From positions 16,924 to 80,923 of the forward strand of contig CASDWO010000061.1 in the NCBI GenBank assembly GCA_949284575.1: 64,000 bases of DNA. Direction: 5' to 3'. Every line of letters begins with the position of its first letter. The stretch's first letter is position 1. This DNA comes from an uncultured bacterium. Lineage in GTDB: Bacteria > Bacillota_I > Bacilli_A > RF39 > UBA660. Positions 52,927 through 62,864 of the stretch are shown here, in pieces. The notes beneath the pieces were generated by a model, which made no database searches, had not been told where the DNA came from, and worked only from the letters and a program-made list of their open reading frames with translations. A program made the position numbers and the translations under genes.

Positions 52927-53517
52927 TCAACACATTTTTGCAACTATTATGAAAAAACCTTTACTTTTATTAACAATACTAACATCATAGTATTTTTTTA
53001 AGTCAGAAATTGCCGAAATAGCACCTTGATCTTTTCTTATCACTAAGTACAAGACGCCATCAGGATCTAAATGATTTCTAGCATTAAGTAAGATATCATA
53101 GACTATTTTTTTACCCGCTCTAATTGGAGGATTTGTAATAATAGTCTTATATTTTCTCGTGATATTTTCATAACAGTTATTTTCAAATATATTTATATTA
53201 GTACATTTATTTTCTTTAGCATTTCTTTTAGATAGATGCAAAGCTCTTTTATTAACATCTACCATATCCACTTCTAAATTAGTTTTCTTATTAACGACGA
53301 TTCCTAGAACTCCATAACCACAACCTACATCGAGTATCGGCCCTTCAAGTTCATTATAAGGCAATGATTTTAAGAGTAACTCACTGCCATAATCAAGGCC
53401 ATGTTTAGCAAAGACACCATTATCCGTATAAAAAATAAAGTTTTGATCCAAAATGATTGCTGTAGTTTTTTTTAAATTACTAGGGAGATTTTGGTCATTT
53501 TCAAAATAATGACTCAT
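52927..53517 (-). CDS. ybxB: class I SAM-dependent methyltransferase, RsmC/YbxB-like, in the conserved position between rplL and rpoB
   Basis: SAM-binding LDVGCGYGVLG and a TNPP motif. Start at MSHYFEND. Confidence 0.8.
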   Translation of the reverse strand: MSHYFENDQNLPSNLKKTTAIILDQNFIFYTDNGVFAKHGLDYGSELLLKSLPYNELEGPILDVGCGYGVLGIVVNKKTNLEVDMVDVNKRALHLSKRNAKENKCTNINIFENNCYENITRKYKTIITNPPIRAGKKIVYDILLNARNHLDPDGVLYLVIRKDQGAISAISDLKKYYDVSIVNKSKGFFIIVAKMC

Positions 53518-53608
53518 TAATATCACCTCAAAACAAAGAAAGAGACAACCCATTATACAAAAGTATATAGTTTGTCTCCTTTCGTAGTGTTATAATACAC
53601 TATTTTTT

Positions 53609-54556
53609 TTATTTCGTCAACAGTTTTTTTTGAAGTTGTTTTTGGAAATTGTTATTTGACAGTTTAGAAGTTATATCAAGATAATCAGGACTTTTTAAGT
53701 ATTCTTTTTCAATATAATCATCATCATAAAAAGCATAATTGGTAAATTCTTCTTTATATATTGATAGAAAAATATTAATATCTGCTTTATCGAACTTAGC
53801 CTGTGAATAAAATTCAACTAAAATATTTAGATAAACATCAACTAAATAATTTGATAATATATTCATAATTTGTAAAGTTTTTTTTATATTATTTCTATAT
53901 ACACTTAGTTTATCCATAGAACTAATGAAAGCGATTGCCTCTTCTTTAGATGAAAACTTTGATAAGAATTTAATTATTGCATACAAATTATTGGAAGCAT
54001 AAAAATCTTGCATATTTTTTTCTCCTAATATTAGCTCCGTTTTCCTAGCAATATTTGCTTCTATCTTATACGAAACTACACTATCAAAGTATCTATTTGC
54101 TAATAAGTCTGTGTATCCTTCATTTAAGCTTCTCGCTATATCAGTATGTATATTTGTATAATTAAAGCCAGAAACTGTTGATAAAATATTTTTCTTATAA
54201 GTAGTAAATGCATGAAATAGTTCATGATATATGGAATTATCTATATTTTTTCCTACATAAATTTTATTGTTTAAATTATTATAATATGCTTCACTAGTTG
54301 GAAATAATAAAGTTTGCAATATTGTTTTTTGTTTAATAGTTAATGTTCTTAAGGTTTCATTTGGATTTCTAAAATTAAAATTATCATTGATATTTTTTAT
54401 GAACTTTTTTAAATATGGTTTATACCTTTCTTCAATAGATAAATCTTCTATATCTAATGTAATCTTTTGTCTTGTTAAAACTGGCTCTGGTGATTTTATA
54501 TTTTTTAGTATATCCTTGCAGTTATTTTTATTTATCTTTAAGTTATTTATTGCCAT
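53609..54556 (-). CDS. hypothetical protein with gluzincin-like motifs (HELFH ... NEGYTD)
   Basis: HExxH at IYHELFHAF, with a downstream NExxTD-like motif reminiscent of the thermolysin-clan third ligand. Confidence 0.45.
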   Translation of the reverse strand: MAINNLKINKNNCKDILKNIKSPEPVLTRQKITLDIEDLSIEERYKPYLKKFIKNINDNFNFRNPNETLRTLTIKQKTILQTLLFPTSEAYYNNLNNKIYVGKNIDNSIYHELFHAFTTYKKNILSTVSGFNYTNIHTDIARSLNEGYTDLLANRYFDSVVSYKIEANIARKTELILGEKNMQDFYASNNLYAIIKFLSKFSSKEEAIAFISSMDKLSVYRNNIKKTLQIMNILSNYLVDVYLNILVEFYSQAKFDKADINIFLSIYKEEFTNYAFYDDDYIEKEYLKSPDYLDITSKLSNNNFQKQLQKKLLTK

Positions 54557-54616
54557 TAGTAGTCCTCTTTTCTAATGTGTTTTATATTAACACAATTTAT
54601 ATAGAAATAAAAGTCT

Positions 54617-55255
54617 CTAATAACATGTTATTCTTATAATAATAGTTATCATTGTAACTAGAAGATATAGTGTAGAAATCATAAATACAAGATAACTTAC
54701 TGCATGGTGTTTTAATAATTTATTTTTAATAGTAGTTATTACAAACTTAAGCATGGCAAAGACTATAAGTATTACTATTGGCATTAATAATAAAGATAGG
54801 TAAATTCTATGTCCATTGTTTGCCAGTGCCACTGGTAGAAAAAAGGGAAAACAAATACTAACACCTATAAAGATACTGAAATATAAGTTTAATATTAGTG
54901 ATAGTAAGGAGAAGTTCTTATAATAAATGAATAATGCTAGCGGTATAAATATTATTAACCATAAAGGATAATTAGTTATAACTTTGAAAAGGAAAGGATA
55001 ATCTTCAATATAAGTAAAGTAATAGTAACTTAAGAAGTATGCTAGTAATATTATGATAATACTTATAATTAAAAGAGGTATTTCTTTCTTAAAATGAAAC
55101 TTCTTATTTCTTACATCATCTTTAAAACTTGCATAAGAACTTTTCTTTAAATCCACTTCTTTTATATCTTTATATATTTCTTTATTAATTGTTCCACAAT
55201 AAGGACAACTAAATAAATTATCTTTATATTCTTTTTTACAATTAGGACATTTCAT
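54617..55255 (-). CDS. polytopic membrane protein with an N-terminal double zinc ribbon (CPNC...CPYC)
   Basis: N-terminus MKCPNCKKEYKDNLFSCPYCG, then 5-6 TM helices. Own RBS AAAAGGAGAATAAT. Confidence 0.55.
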   Translation of the reverse strand: MKCPNCKKEYKDNLFSCPYCGTINKEIYKDIKEVDLKKSSYASFKDDVRNKKFHFKKEIPLLIISIIIILLAYFLSYYYFTYIEDYPFLFKVITNYPLWLIIFIPLALFIYYKNFSLLSLILNLYFSIFIGVSICFPFFLPVALANNGHRIYLSLLLMPIVILIVFAMLKFVITTIKNKLLKHHAVSYLVFMISTLYLLVTMITIIIRITCY

Positions 55256-55295
55256 ATTATTCTCCTTTTATTAAAGGATATCATAATTATTAAAA

Positions 55296-55326
55296 ATTGA
55301 ACACAAAAAAAGAAGCTAACTACTTA
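55296..55326 (-). terminator. rplL terminator (AGAAG...CTTCT + T7)
   Basis: seen in sequence. It separates rplL from the two inserted genes. Confidence 0.5.
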
Positions 55327-55691
55327 ACTTCTACTGTAGCACCAGCTTCTTCTAATTTTGCTTTGATTTCATTAGCTTCTTCAACAGAAATGTTTTCTTT
55401 AATTGCAGAACCAGCATTGTCAACTAAATCTTTAGATTCTTTTAATCCTAGTCCTGTAATTTCACGAACTACTTTGATTACTGCAACTTTAGCAGCTCCT
55501 GCGTCTTTAATAGATACAGTAACTGTAGATGGACCAGCATCTTCTGTAGCTGCAGCTCCTGGAGCAGCAACTGCAACTGCTGATGGATCTACACCAAATT
55601 CTTCTTTCATTGCGTCTACTAATTCTTTAATTTCTAAAAGATTCATTTCTTTTAATGAGCTAATAAATTCTTCTTTTGTTAATTTTGCCAT
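55320..55691 (-). CDS. rplL: 50S ribosomal protein L7/L12
   Basis: L7/L12 family. Confidence 0.95.
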   Translation of the reverse strand: MAKLTKEEFISSLKEMNLLEIKELVDAMKEEFGVDPSAVAVAAPGAAATEDAGPSTVTVSIKDAGAAKVAVIKVVREITGLGLKESKDLVDNAGSAIKENISVEEANEIKAKLEEAGATVEVK

Positions 55692-55710
55692 TTTTTATTC
55701 CTCCTCTAAA

Positions 55711-56205
55711 TTAATTTTCTTCTTTTTGTTCACAATATAAATTTAAGCAGATAGATAGGTCGCGAACAAGTCCTATCATACCACCTGCAAGCATAGTAAG
55801 TAAGCCATCTCTTGATGGAATCTTTGCATACTCAGCTAACTTAGCCTCATCAGCAACTTCGCCATCAACATAACCAATCTTTAAAACTAGATTTTCATGA
55901 TCTTTAGCAAAGTCTGATAATACTTTAATTGGAGCTATTTGATCAGTACTATAAGCAAAAGCACTAGGTCCTTCTAAAGCAGTATTTACATCGATGTTTA
56001 AATCATTAAATGCTCTTGCCATTAAAGTATTTTTATATACTTTATAACTAGCGCCTGCTTCTCTTAATGCACGTCTTAGCTCTTTAATTTCAGCATCAGT
56101 TAGACCACGATAATCAAATAAAACAAATGATGTGCTATTATTTACGTTATCTTTAATTTCATCAATAACTTCTTGCTTTTTTGCTAAGATTTTTTGATTA
56201 GCCAT
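55711..56205 (-). CDS. rplJ: 50S ribosomal protein L10
   Basis: L10 family. Confidence 0.95.
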   Translation of the reverse strand: MANQKILAKKQEVIDEIKDNVNNSTSFVLFDYRGLTDAEIKELRRALREAGASYKVYKNTLMARAFNDLNIDVNTALEGPSAFAYSTDQIAPIKVLSDFAKDHENLVLKIGYVDGEVADEAKLAEYAKIPSRDGLLTMLAGGMIGLVRDLSICLNLYCEQKEEN

Positions 56206-56350
56206 TTTCTTCCCTCCTATTTCTAGTCAGTTTATAGTCCCTTTAATAGTTAAAAGTTCTCAGGAATACCCCCAAGAACTTTTATTTATAAGAATAGTCC
56301 TCGGTAGGATTTACTTTTTTTACCTACTGTCTTGGGTACTGTTTAACTGA
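56206..56350 (-). promoter_or_regulatory. rplJ (L10) leader with attenuator hairpin (AAGTTCT-N14-AGAACTT + UUUU)
   Basis: Structured leader with a terminator-like hairpin between the TATAAT -10 element and the RBS GGAGGGAAG. Consistent with the known L10-leader autoregulatory element in Firmicutes. Confidence 0.5.
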
Positions 56351-56378
56351 TTTCTTTCTTATTATATTCTATAATCTA

Positions 56379-57077
56379 TTATTTGTCAAAAGAATTAATT
56401 TGAATCTTAATTCCAGGACCCATAGTAGATGAAATAGATATATTTTTAATGTAATCACCTTTTACTGTTGAAGGTTTTACTTTAACAATTTGTGCAACAA
56501 AAGCTTTTAAGTTTTCAAGTAAATCTTCTTCACTAAATGATGCTTTACCTATTAAGGCATGAATATTACCAAAACTATCTGTACGATATTCAACACGTCC
56601 TGCTTTAGCATCAGATACTGCTTTAGCAACATCTGTTGTAACAGTTCCAGTCTTAGGGTTTGGCATTAGACCTTTTGGTCCTAAAACACGTCCTAATTTA
56701 CCAAGTAATGGCATCATATCTGGAGTAGCAATCATAGTGTCAAATTCAAACCAATTTTCATTAGCAATTTTATCTAAATAATCTTGATCTCCAACATAGT
56801 CAGCTCCTGCTTCAGTTGCTTTTTTAGCATTGTCACCTTTAGCAATTACTAAGATACGATTAGTTTTACCTGTTCCTTTTGGTAAAACAATAGCTCCACG
56901 TAATTGTTGATCAGCTTTTTTAGTATCAAGATTTAAGTTAAGAGCTACTTCAATAGATGAATCAAATTTTGCAATACTAGTTTCTTTAACTAATTTAACT
57001 GCTTCTTCTTTGGTATATAATTTGCCTTTTTCTACTTTTGTTGAAGCTTCTTGATATTTTCTACTTCTTTTTTTCAT
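56379..57077 (-). CDS. rplA: 50S ribosomal protein L1
   Basis: L1 family. Confidence 0.95.
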   Translation of the reverse strand: MKKRSRKYQEASTKVEKGKLYTKEEAVKLVKETSIAKFDSSIEVALNLNLDTKKADQQLRGAIVLPKGTGKTNRILVIAKGDNAKKATEAGADYVGDQDYLDKIANENWFEFDTMIATPDMMPLLGKLGRVLGPKGLMPNPKTGTVTTDVAKAVSDAKAGRVEYRTDSFGNIHALIGKASFSEEDLLENLKAFVAQIVKVKPSTVKGDYIKNISISSTMGPGIKIQINSFDK

Positions 57078-57156
57078 TCTTATTCCTCCTTATGTGGTTA
57101 TTCGGGTAAGCAATAGTTACATCCTCCCACATAGATATTGCTTAGATTTCTAATAT

Positions 57157-57591
57157 TTATTTTTCTTCTACAGCAACACCCATATTTTTGGCAGTTCCAA
57201 TTACAATATTTTTAGCTTCTTCAACACCATAACAATTTAAATCTGGTAATTTGATTTCTGCTATTTCTGTAATTTGGGCATCGGTTAAAGTTGCAACAAT
57301 TTCTTTAGATCCTTTAACAGAGCCTTTATTAATCTTTGCATATTTCTTTATTAAGAAACTTACTGGTGGAGTTTTAATTATAAAATCAAAACTTCTATCA
57401 TCATAGACAGATATTTCAACTGGTAAAATATCTCCCATTTTATCTCTTGTTGCATCATTATATTTTGTACAAAACTCCTGTAAATTAATTCCAGCAGGTC
57501 CTAAAACAGTACCTACAGGTGGAGCTGGTGTTGCTTTACCAGCAGGAATTTGTAATTTAATCTTTTTTACAACTTCTTTTTTCTTTGCCAC
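57157..57591 (-). CDS. rplK: 50S ribosomal protein L11
   Basis: L11 family. Probable GTG start (MAKKKEVVKK) at 57591 with RBS AGAAAGGA. The ORF-track ATG at 57624 adds 11 aa. Confidence 0.9.
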   Translation of the reverse strand: MAKKKEVVKKIKLQIPAGKATPAPPVGTVLGPAGINLQEFCTKYNDATRDKMGDILPVEISVYDDRSFDFIIKTPPVSFLIKKYAKINKGSVKGSKEIVATLTDAQITEIAEIKLPDLNCYGVEEAKNIVIGTAKNMGVAVEEK

Positions 57592-57774
57592 GAAAAACAC
57601 ATCCTTTCTTACTTGTTTTCGCAAGTGGTAATAATAGCATTTCAGTATTCAGTTTCAGTATTTCAATAGTAGGATTTTTATATCCCAATTTTAGTATTAA
57701 GATTTTTGCATCTTAATTTTTGCAATTTCTGCACTTTTTGCTTCCCACTAATATTAATCTATATAAATTAATAT

Positions 57775-57803
57775 AGCCCCTAAATAATAGCATACTTTTT
57801 CTT
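57775..57803 (-). promoter_or_regulatory. sigma-A-like promoter TTGTCA-17-TATTAT for rplK-rplA
   Basis: seen in the reverse complement of 57775-57803. Confidence 0.45.
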
Positions 57804-57819
57804 ATTTGACAAGAGAAAA

Positions 57820-58353
57820 CTAAGCTTTTTCTATTTGAGTTAGTTCAACTTCAACTTGAGTTTCTTGTCCGAATAGATCAACATTTAAGACAATCTTTTC
57901 ATTTGGAGCATCTACTTCTTCAATTAAACCATACATTCCTGTAAATGGTCCCCCAATAATTTTTACTTTGGTACCAACTTTTAAATCATTATCTATATCT
58001 ATTCTACTTATTTTCATATTTTTTAGAATATGATCAACTTCACTTGGTTGAAGAGGAGTTGGTTTTGCTCCTTTACCACTAGAACCAATAAAGCCTGTAA
58101 CACCTGGAGTATTACGTACAATGTACCATGCTTCATCAGTCATAATCATTTCTACAAGAATATATCCTGGGAATAACTTAGTTACTTTAGTTTTCTTTAC
58201 ACCATCTTTTAGTTCTGTTTCTTCTTGTTCTGGTACAATAACTCTAAAGATATAATCTTGCATATTCATTGATTCAGCACGCATTAATAATTTTTCTTGA
58301 ACTTTTTTTTCATGTCCTGAATAAGTATTTACTACATACCATTGTTTTTCCAT
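57820..58353 (-). CDS. nusG: transcription termination/antitermination factor NusG
   Basis: NGN and KOW domains. Confidence 0.95.
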   Translation of the reverse strand: MEKQWYVVNTYSGHEKKVQEKLLMRAESMNMQDYIFRVIVPEQEETELKDGVKKTKVTKLFPGYILVEMIMTDEAWYIVRNTPGVTGFIGSSGKGAKPTPLQPSEVDHILKNMKISRIDIDNDLKVGTKVKIIGGPFTGMYGLIEEVDAPNEKIVLNVDLFGQETQVEVELTQIEKA

Positions 58354-58369
58354 ATTTTATTCTTCCTTT

Positions 58370-58642
58370 CTAACTACCTATTGCATGAAGGGCTGCTATA
58401 ATAACGTCGATTAAATAGAAAAATAAAGAACAAACGATAACAAAAATAATAGTAGCAGCAGAATATTTTATCATTTCCTTCTTACTAGGCCATTTAACTC
58501 TTTTAAATTCTGTTTTTACACCAGCAAAAAAATTACCAATTCTACTTATAATGCTTTCTTTTTTCTGATGTTTTTTCTTAGAAGATTTTTTTTCTTCTTT
58601 TAAAGTATCTTTTTTTATTTCTTTTTTCTTTGTCATATACAC
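58370..58642 (-). CDS. secE: preprotein translocase subunit SecE (Lys-rich N-terminal extension)
   Basis: C-terminal TM helix with the SecE motif (KEMIKYSAATIIFVIV). Upstream is the region where rpmG is usually found, but no L33 ORF is present. Confidence 0.85.
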   Translation of the reverse strand: MYMTKKKEIKKDTLKEEKKSSKKKHQKKESIISRIGNFFAGVKTEFKRVKWPSKKEMIKYSAATIIFVIVCSLFFYLIDVIIAALHAIGS

Positions 58643-58742
58643 ATCTTCCTTTTATATTTTTTCTAAAAGAAAAACACTTCTCAGTGCTTAAGCTTAAATT
58701 ACCACAAAGTATATTGATAGTCAAGTGTTTTTCTAAAATTAT

Positions 58743-59306
58743 TTAATCTTCAATCATATAATTATAAGATTTCATTTTACTATTATGTTTGTTTTCTTTA
58801 ATACATAGTTTTAGTAGTGAAAAACTTAGCTTTAAACTATATGAATTATCACTACGACTATTTCTATCTGTAGTATCATATATCTTATTTTCATCAATAT
58901 CTCGATAAGCTATATATTTCTTTATAATATCTATGCTAGTTAATCCTAAGCTTTCAAAGTCATATTCTACTAGTTTATTAATATATAAAGATAATAAATA
59001 TAATCTTTCAATTTTTGCAAATTGTGATTTAGTTATAATAGGAACCTCTACATTAAAATTACCTATATCATGCTTTTCTTCTTGTTTTAGTAGCTTGGCT
59101 TGATATTTAGCTAAAGCTAACTTTAAAACTTCTTCATTAGTTCTATTATAAAAATCTGTTAATCTTTCTTTTGTATACTCATCTAAATCAAAATTGTTTT
59201 TGAAGTCTTCTTGATAAGTTGGTTTAACTTCTTCAAATATATCTTTAGCAATCATTTTAGCTTGTTCTATTTTATCCATATTTATAATCCTTTCTAATTT
59301 ATCCAC
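58743..59306 (-). CDS. hypothetical 187-aa protein
   Basis: ORF with RBS. No recognisable motif. Confidence 0.5.
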   Translation of the reverse strand: MDKLERIINMDKIEQAKMIAKDIFEEVKPTYQEDFKNNFDLDEYTKERLTDFYNRTNEEVLKLALAKYQAKLLKQEEKHDIGNFNVEVPIITKSQFAKIERLYLLSLYINKLVEYDFESLGLTSIDIIKKYIAYRDIDENKIYDTTDRNSRSDNSYSLKLSFSLLKLCIKENKHNSKMKSYNYMIED

Positions 59307-59373
59307 ATATTTGTCGATAAAGCGATTATTTTTTATTTTTTTCCACTGCCAGTGTGGATATAATTATAGAAGA

Positions 59374-60213
59374 TCATTTCTTAAATCTGTTTTTATAATA
59401 GCAACTTTTACACAAATCTTCAACACACTTATTATCTCTAAAGCCCTCTATTATTTTTTTAGTTTTTTCTTTTTCTAATATGTCTTTTAAATCTTCTTCA
59501 AAAATATTCCCTAGATTAATAATACCATCATCATCTAGACAACATGCTGTAACTATACCGTTTGATAATATAGCTATTTGACTTTTTAAACCTTCACAAA
59601 AGCCTTCACTTTTCTCTTGTGTTAGTAGTGGCCAAGTAAATAAGTAATCTTTATCCACATATTTGTTAATATCTATTTTGGTATTCTTATTATTTTTAAT
59701 ATTTTCAACAATTTCTGTTGATAAATGATAATATTCTTTTAGTTTTTCCACAATTTTTGTGGATTTTGGATCTAGGTAGTTACTTTTTTGAGCCCAAAGG
59801 CGATAGATTATTATCTTATCTTGTGGAAAAAGAGAAACTGCTTTAAATATATCATTAAGATAGTTTAAATTATTTACTTCGGCATTTAATGATATATGTA
59901 TTTTAGATAGTGATTTATGACTAATTAACTCATTTATCTTAACTTTTAATAGAGTACCATTAGTAGTTAAGCTTACATTTATATTGTTAACATCACAGAT
60001 AGTTAAAATTTCACTTAAATTGGAATGCAGTAAGGGTTCTCCTTTTACATGAAGACAGATAGTATTTGTATAGTCTTTTACTTTAGCTATTATTTCTTTA
60101 AATTCAGTTATAGACATTTCTCTTAATGATCTTGATGATTTTTTACAAAAAGAACAAGACAGGTTACATTTATTGGTTATTTCTACATAAATGCGGTTAA
60201 ATCTTTTTTTCAT
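59374..60213 (-). CDS. radical SAM protein with a C-terminal Cys-rich (SPASM/twitch-like) region
   Basis: CNLSCSFC (Cx3Cx2C) at residues 15-22. C-terminal cysteines FCEG...TACCLDDDG...KCVEDLCKSCYY. RBS AAAGGAGAAG. Confidence 0.75.
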   Translation of the reverse strand: MKKRFNRIYVEITNKCNLSCSFCKKSSRSLREMSITEFKEIIAKVKDYTNTICLHVKGEPLLHSNLSEILTICDVNNINVSLTTNGTLLKVKINELISHKSLSKIHISLNAEVNNLNYLNDIFKAVSLFPQDKIIIYRLWAQKSNYLDPKSTKIVEKLKEYYHLSTEIVENIKNNKNTKIDINKYVDKDYLFTWPLLTQEKSEGFCEGLKSQIAILSNGIVTACCLDDDGIINLGNIFEEDLKDILEKEKTKKIIEGFRDNKCVEDLCKSCYYKNRFKK

Positions 60214-60257
60214 TTTTTACTTCTCCTTTAATTTCCACAAAGAATGGGGATAAAGTT

Positions 60258-60749
60258 TTACGTAATATAACCTTTTTCTCTTCTTTTCTTTAGTTCTTTC
60301 TCGTGCTCTTCTTTTTCCTTTTCACGTTTTTTCCATTGAAGATAGCTTTGACGTTTTTTTGGTAGTTCTAAAGGTGAAAAAGGAATTTCATTATCTATAT
60401 CTTTTAAAACAGTAAAAGGTCTTGAATAAATTTCTTTAGAGTGCTGCCATGGTTTAAAAATTACTTTAGCATCCTTAGCAGGCATATGACGAAATAAGAC
60501 TTTTTCACTAGTTTCCTTAATACCATAAAACCATAATATTTCTAAATCAGCTAAATGTTGATTGATTATATTTATACAATTTCTTATAAAATCGTTTTGA
60601 TTGCTGCTACTAATACTAAGCTGATAAAATGCTAATAGACTATTAATTGTATCGCTATTTACTAATACCCATTTATCATCATCTATTTTACTTAATTCTT
60701 GATAGTTTAAATCTACTTCTGTTAACCATTTATATAATTCATCTGGCAT
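60258..60749 (-). CDS. hypothetical 163-aa protein with a basic/acidic K/E-rich C-terminal tail
   Basis: ORF immediately downstream of uvrB and upstream of the rSAM gene. Confidence 0.5.
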   Translation of the reverse strand: MPDELYKWLTEVDLNYQELSKIDDDKWVLVNSDTINSLLAFYQLSISSSNQNDFIRNCINIINQHLADLEILWFYGIKETSEKVLFRHMPAKDAKVIFKPWQHSKEIYSRPFTVLKDIDNEIPFSPLELPKKRQSYLQWKKREKEKEEHEKELKKRREKGYIT

Positions 60750-60791
60750 ATAAATTCCTTCTTTCTTTATATTTTTATAGAAACTATTATA

Positions 60792-62744
60792 CTATTCACT
60801 TTTCATTTCAAATAAAGCATTTCTTAGTTCCATAGCTCTTTCAAAGTCAAGTTTTTTAGCTGCTTCTTTCATTTCCGTTTCAATTCTTTCAATTTCTAAC
60901 ATTTTTTCTTTCTTAGTTAGTTTCTTCTTAGGTTTAGTAGAGTCCTTTGTATCGACATTACTTATTACTTCTCTTATTTCTTTTTCAATTGTTTTAGGAA
61001 CTATACCGTGCTCTTTATTATATGCTTCTTGGATTTCTCGACGACGTTTAGTCTCTTTAATTGCTTTATCCATAGAGTCTGTAATATTATCAGCATACAT
61101 AATTACATGACCACTTGCATTTCTTGCACAACGGCCAATTGTTTGGATAAGACTTCTCTCACTTCTTAAGAATCCTTCTTTATCAGCATCTAATATAGCG
61201 ATTAGGGATACTTCTGGAATATCTATACCTTCACGCAAAAGGTTTATTCCAACAACAACATCATAGATGCCACATCTTAAGTCATGAATAATTTGAAGGC
61301 GTTCTAGTGTTTTTATTTCAGTGTGAAGATATGCTACTTTAATGTCTAGATCTTTTAAGTAGTTAGTTAACTCTTCACTCATTCTAATAGTTAGGGTTGT
61401 AATTAGGACTCTTTCGTTTTTCTTAATACGTTCATTTATCTCTCCAACTAAGTCATCTATTTGTCCTTCTGTTTTTCTAACTTCAATAGTTGGGTCAAGT
61501 AATCCTGTTGGTCTAATAATTTGCTCAACAAACTTACCCTGTGTTTTTTCAAGTTCATAGTCTCCTGGTGTTGCAGATACATATATCGCTTGTTTTATTT
61601 TCTTTTCAAATTCATCAAACTTTAAAGGACGGTTATCAAGGGCACTAGGTAGACGAAATCCATAATCAACTAGGTTTTGTTTTCTTGCCCTATCTCCATT
61701 ATACATTCCTCTTACTTGAGGTAGAGTTACGTGAGATTCATCTACTATTAAAAGATAATCATCACCAAAGAAGTCCATTAGAGTTGTAGGAGTTTCACCA
61801 GGCTTACGTCCTGCCATAGGTGCAGAGTAGTTTTCAATACCATGACAGAAACCTGTTTCTTCTAGCATCTCTAAATCATAGTTAGTTCGTTGTTCAAGAC
61901 GTTCTGCAGCAAGAAGTTTATTTTGACTCTTAAGTTCTTCTAAACGTTCTTCCAGCTCTTTTTTTATCCTTTTAATCGCTTCTTTTAATTTATCATCACT
62001 AATTACAAAGTGACTAGCTGGGAAGATACTAACGTTTTTCTTATTAGAAATAACTGTTCCTGTTAAAACATCTATTTCACTAATTCTATCTATTTCACTA
62101 CCAAAGAATTCTATTCTATAACCAGTTTGATTTTGATTAGTAGGAATTATTTCTAAGACATCTCCTCTTACTCTAAAAGTACCACGATGAAAGTCTAAAT
62201 CATTTCTTGCATATTGCATTTCCACAAGTTTTACTAAAACTTCATTACGTTCTATTTCTTCTCCTACTCTTAGCGTTAACATTTTATTTTTATATTCTTC
62301 TACTTCTCCAATACCATAGATACAAGAAACACTAGCAACAACGATAGTATCTTTTGATGAGAGTAATGCAGATGTTGCAGCATGACGAAGTTCATCTATT
62401 TCATCATTTATAGATGAGTCTTTTTCAATATAAGTATCAGTACTAGGAACATATGCTTCCGGCTGGTAATAGTCGTAGTAAGAAACAAAATATTCCACAT
62501 TATTTTCTGGGAATAATTCTTTCATTTCACTATAAAGTTGTCCTGCTAGTGTTTTATTATGAGCAAGAATAAGTGTTGGTTTATTAACCTCTTTAATGAC
62601 ATTAGCCATAGTAAAGGTCTTACCTGTTCCTGTCGCACCTAGTAAGACTTGTTCTTTTTTACCTTCTTTTATTCCTTCTACTAACTCTTTTATCGCCTCT
62701 GGTTGGTCTCCACTAGGCTTAAATTTTGATACTAATTTGAACAT
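60792..62744 (-). CDS. uvrB: excinuclease ABC subunit B
   Basis: UvrB helicase motifs ([12 protein letters not shown]), a beta-hairpin and a C-terminal UVR domain. Start at MFKLVS with RBS GGGGAGTG. Confidence 0.95.
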   Translation of the reverse strand: MFKLVSKFKPSGDQPEAIKELVEGIKEGKKEQVLLGATGTGKTFTMANVIKEVNKPTLILAHNKTLAGQLYSEMKELFPENNVEYFVSYYDYYQPEAYVPSTDTYIEKDSSINDEIDELRHAATSALLSSKDTIVVASVSCIYGIGEVEEYKNKMLTLRVGEEIERNEVLVKLVEMQYARNDLDFHRGTFRVRGDVLEIIPTNQNQTGYRIEFFGSEIDRISEIDVLTGTVISNKKNVSIFPASHFVISDDKLKEAIKRIKKELEERLEELKSQNKLLAAERLEQRTNYDLEMLEETGFCHGIENYSAPMAGRKPGETPTTLMDFFGDDYLLIVDESHVTLPQVRGMYNGDRARKQNLVDYGFRLPSALDNRPLKFDEFEKKIKQAIYVSATPGDYELEKTQGKFVEQIIRPTGLLDPTIEVRKTEGQIDDLVGEINERIKKNERVLITTLTIRMSEELTNYLKDLDIKVAYLHTEIKTLERLQIIHDLRCGIYDVVVGINLLREGIDIPEVSLIAILDADKEGFLRSERSLIQTIGRCARNASGHVIMYADNITDSMDKAIKETKRRREIQEAYNKEHGIVPKTIEKEIREVISNVDTKDSTKPKKKLTKKEKMLEIERIETEMKEAAKKLDFERAMELRNALFEMKSE

Positions 62745-62775
62745 AGGTATCACTCCCCTTGCAAGTATTATATCA

Positions 62776-62804
62776 TTAAGACTTTATACTGACAAAGAAA
62801 TTTG
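62776..62804 (-). promoter_or_regulatory. consensus-like sigma-A promoter TTGTCA-17-TATAAT for uvrB
   Basis: Reverse complement of 62776-62804. No clear GAAC-N4-GTTC LexA box was seen. Confidence 0.5.
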
Positions 62805-62864
62805 CTTATAAAAACTACCTTTATTTATTTTTAGTTGCTATAATATATCCAAAGGAGTACGCTT

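Noticed and set aside
55297-55740. 147-aa plus-strand ORF rich in Ala/Ser/Thr.
   Set aside because: It lies entirely antisense to rplL and the start of rplJ. Its composition is a by-product of the complement of highly expressed GCU/GAA-rich codons. It has no RBS.
59746-59763. A TCCACA-ATTTT-TGTGGA palindrome inside the radical SAM CDS, considered as an independent regulatory site.
   Set aside because: It lies within coding sequence (K-S-T-K-I-V-E-K) and could be coincidental. It is retained only as one member of the recurrent-motif observation.
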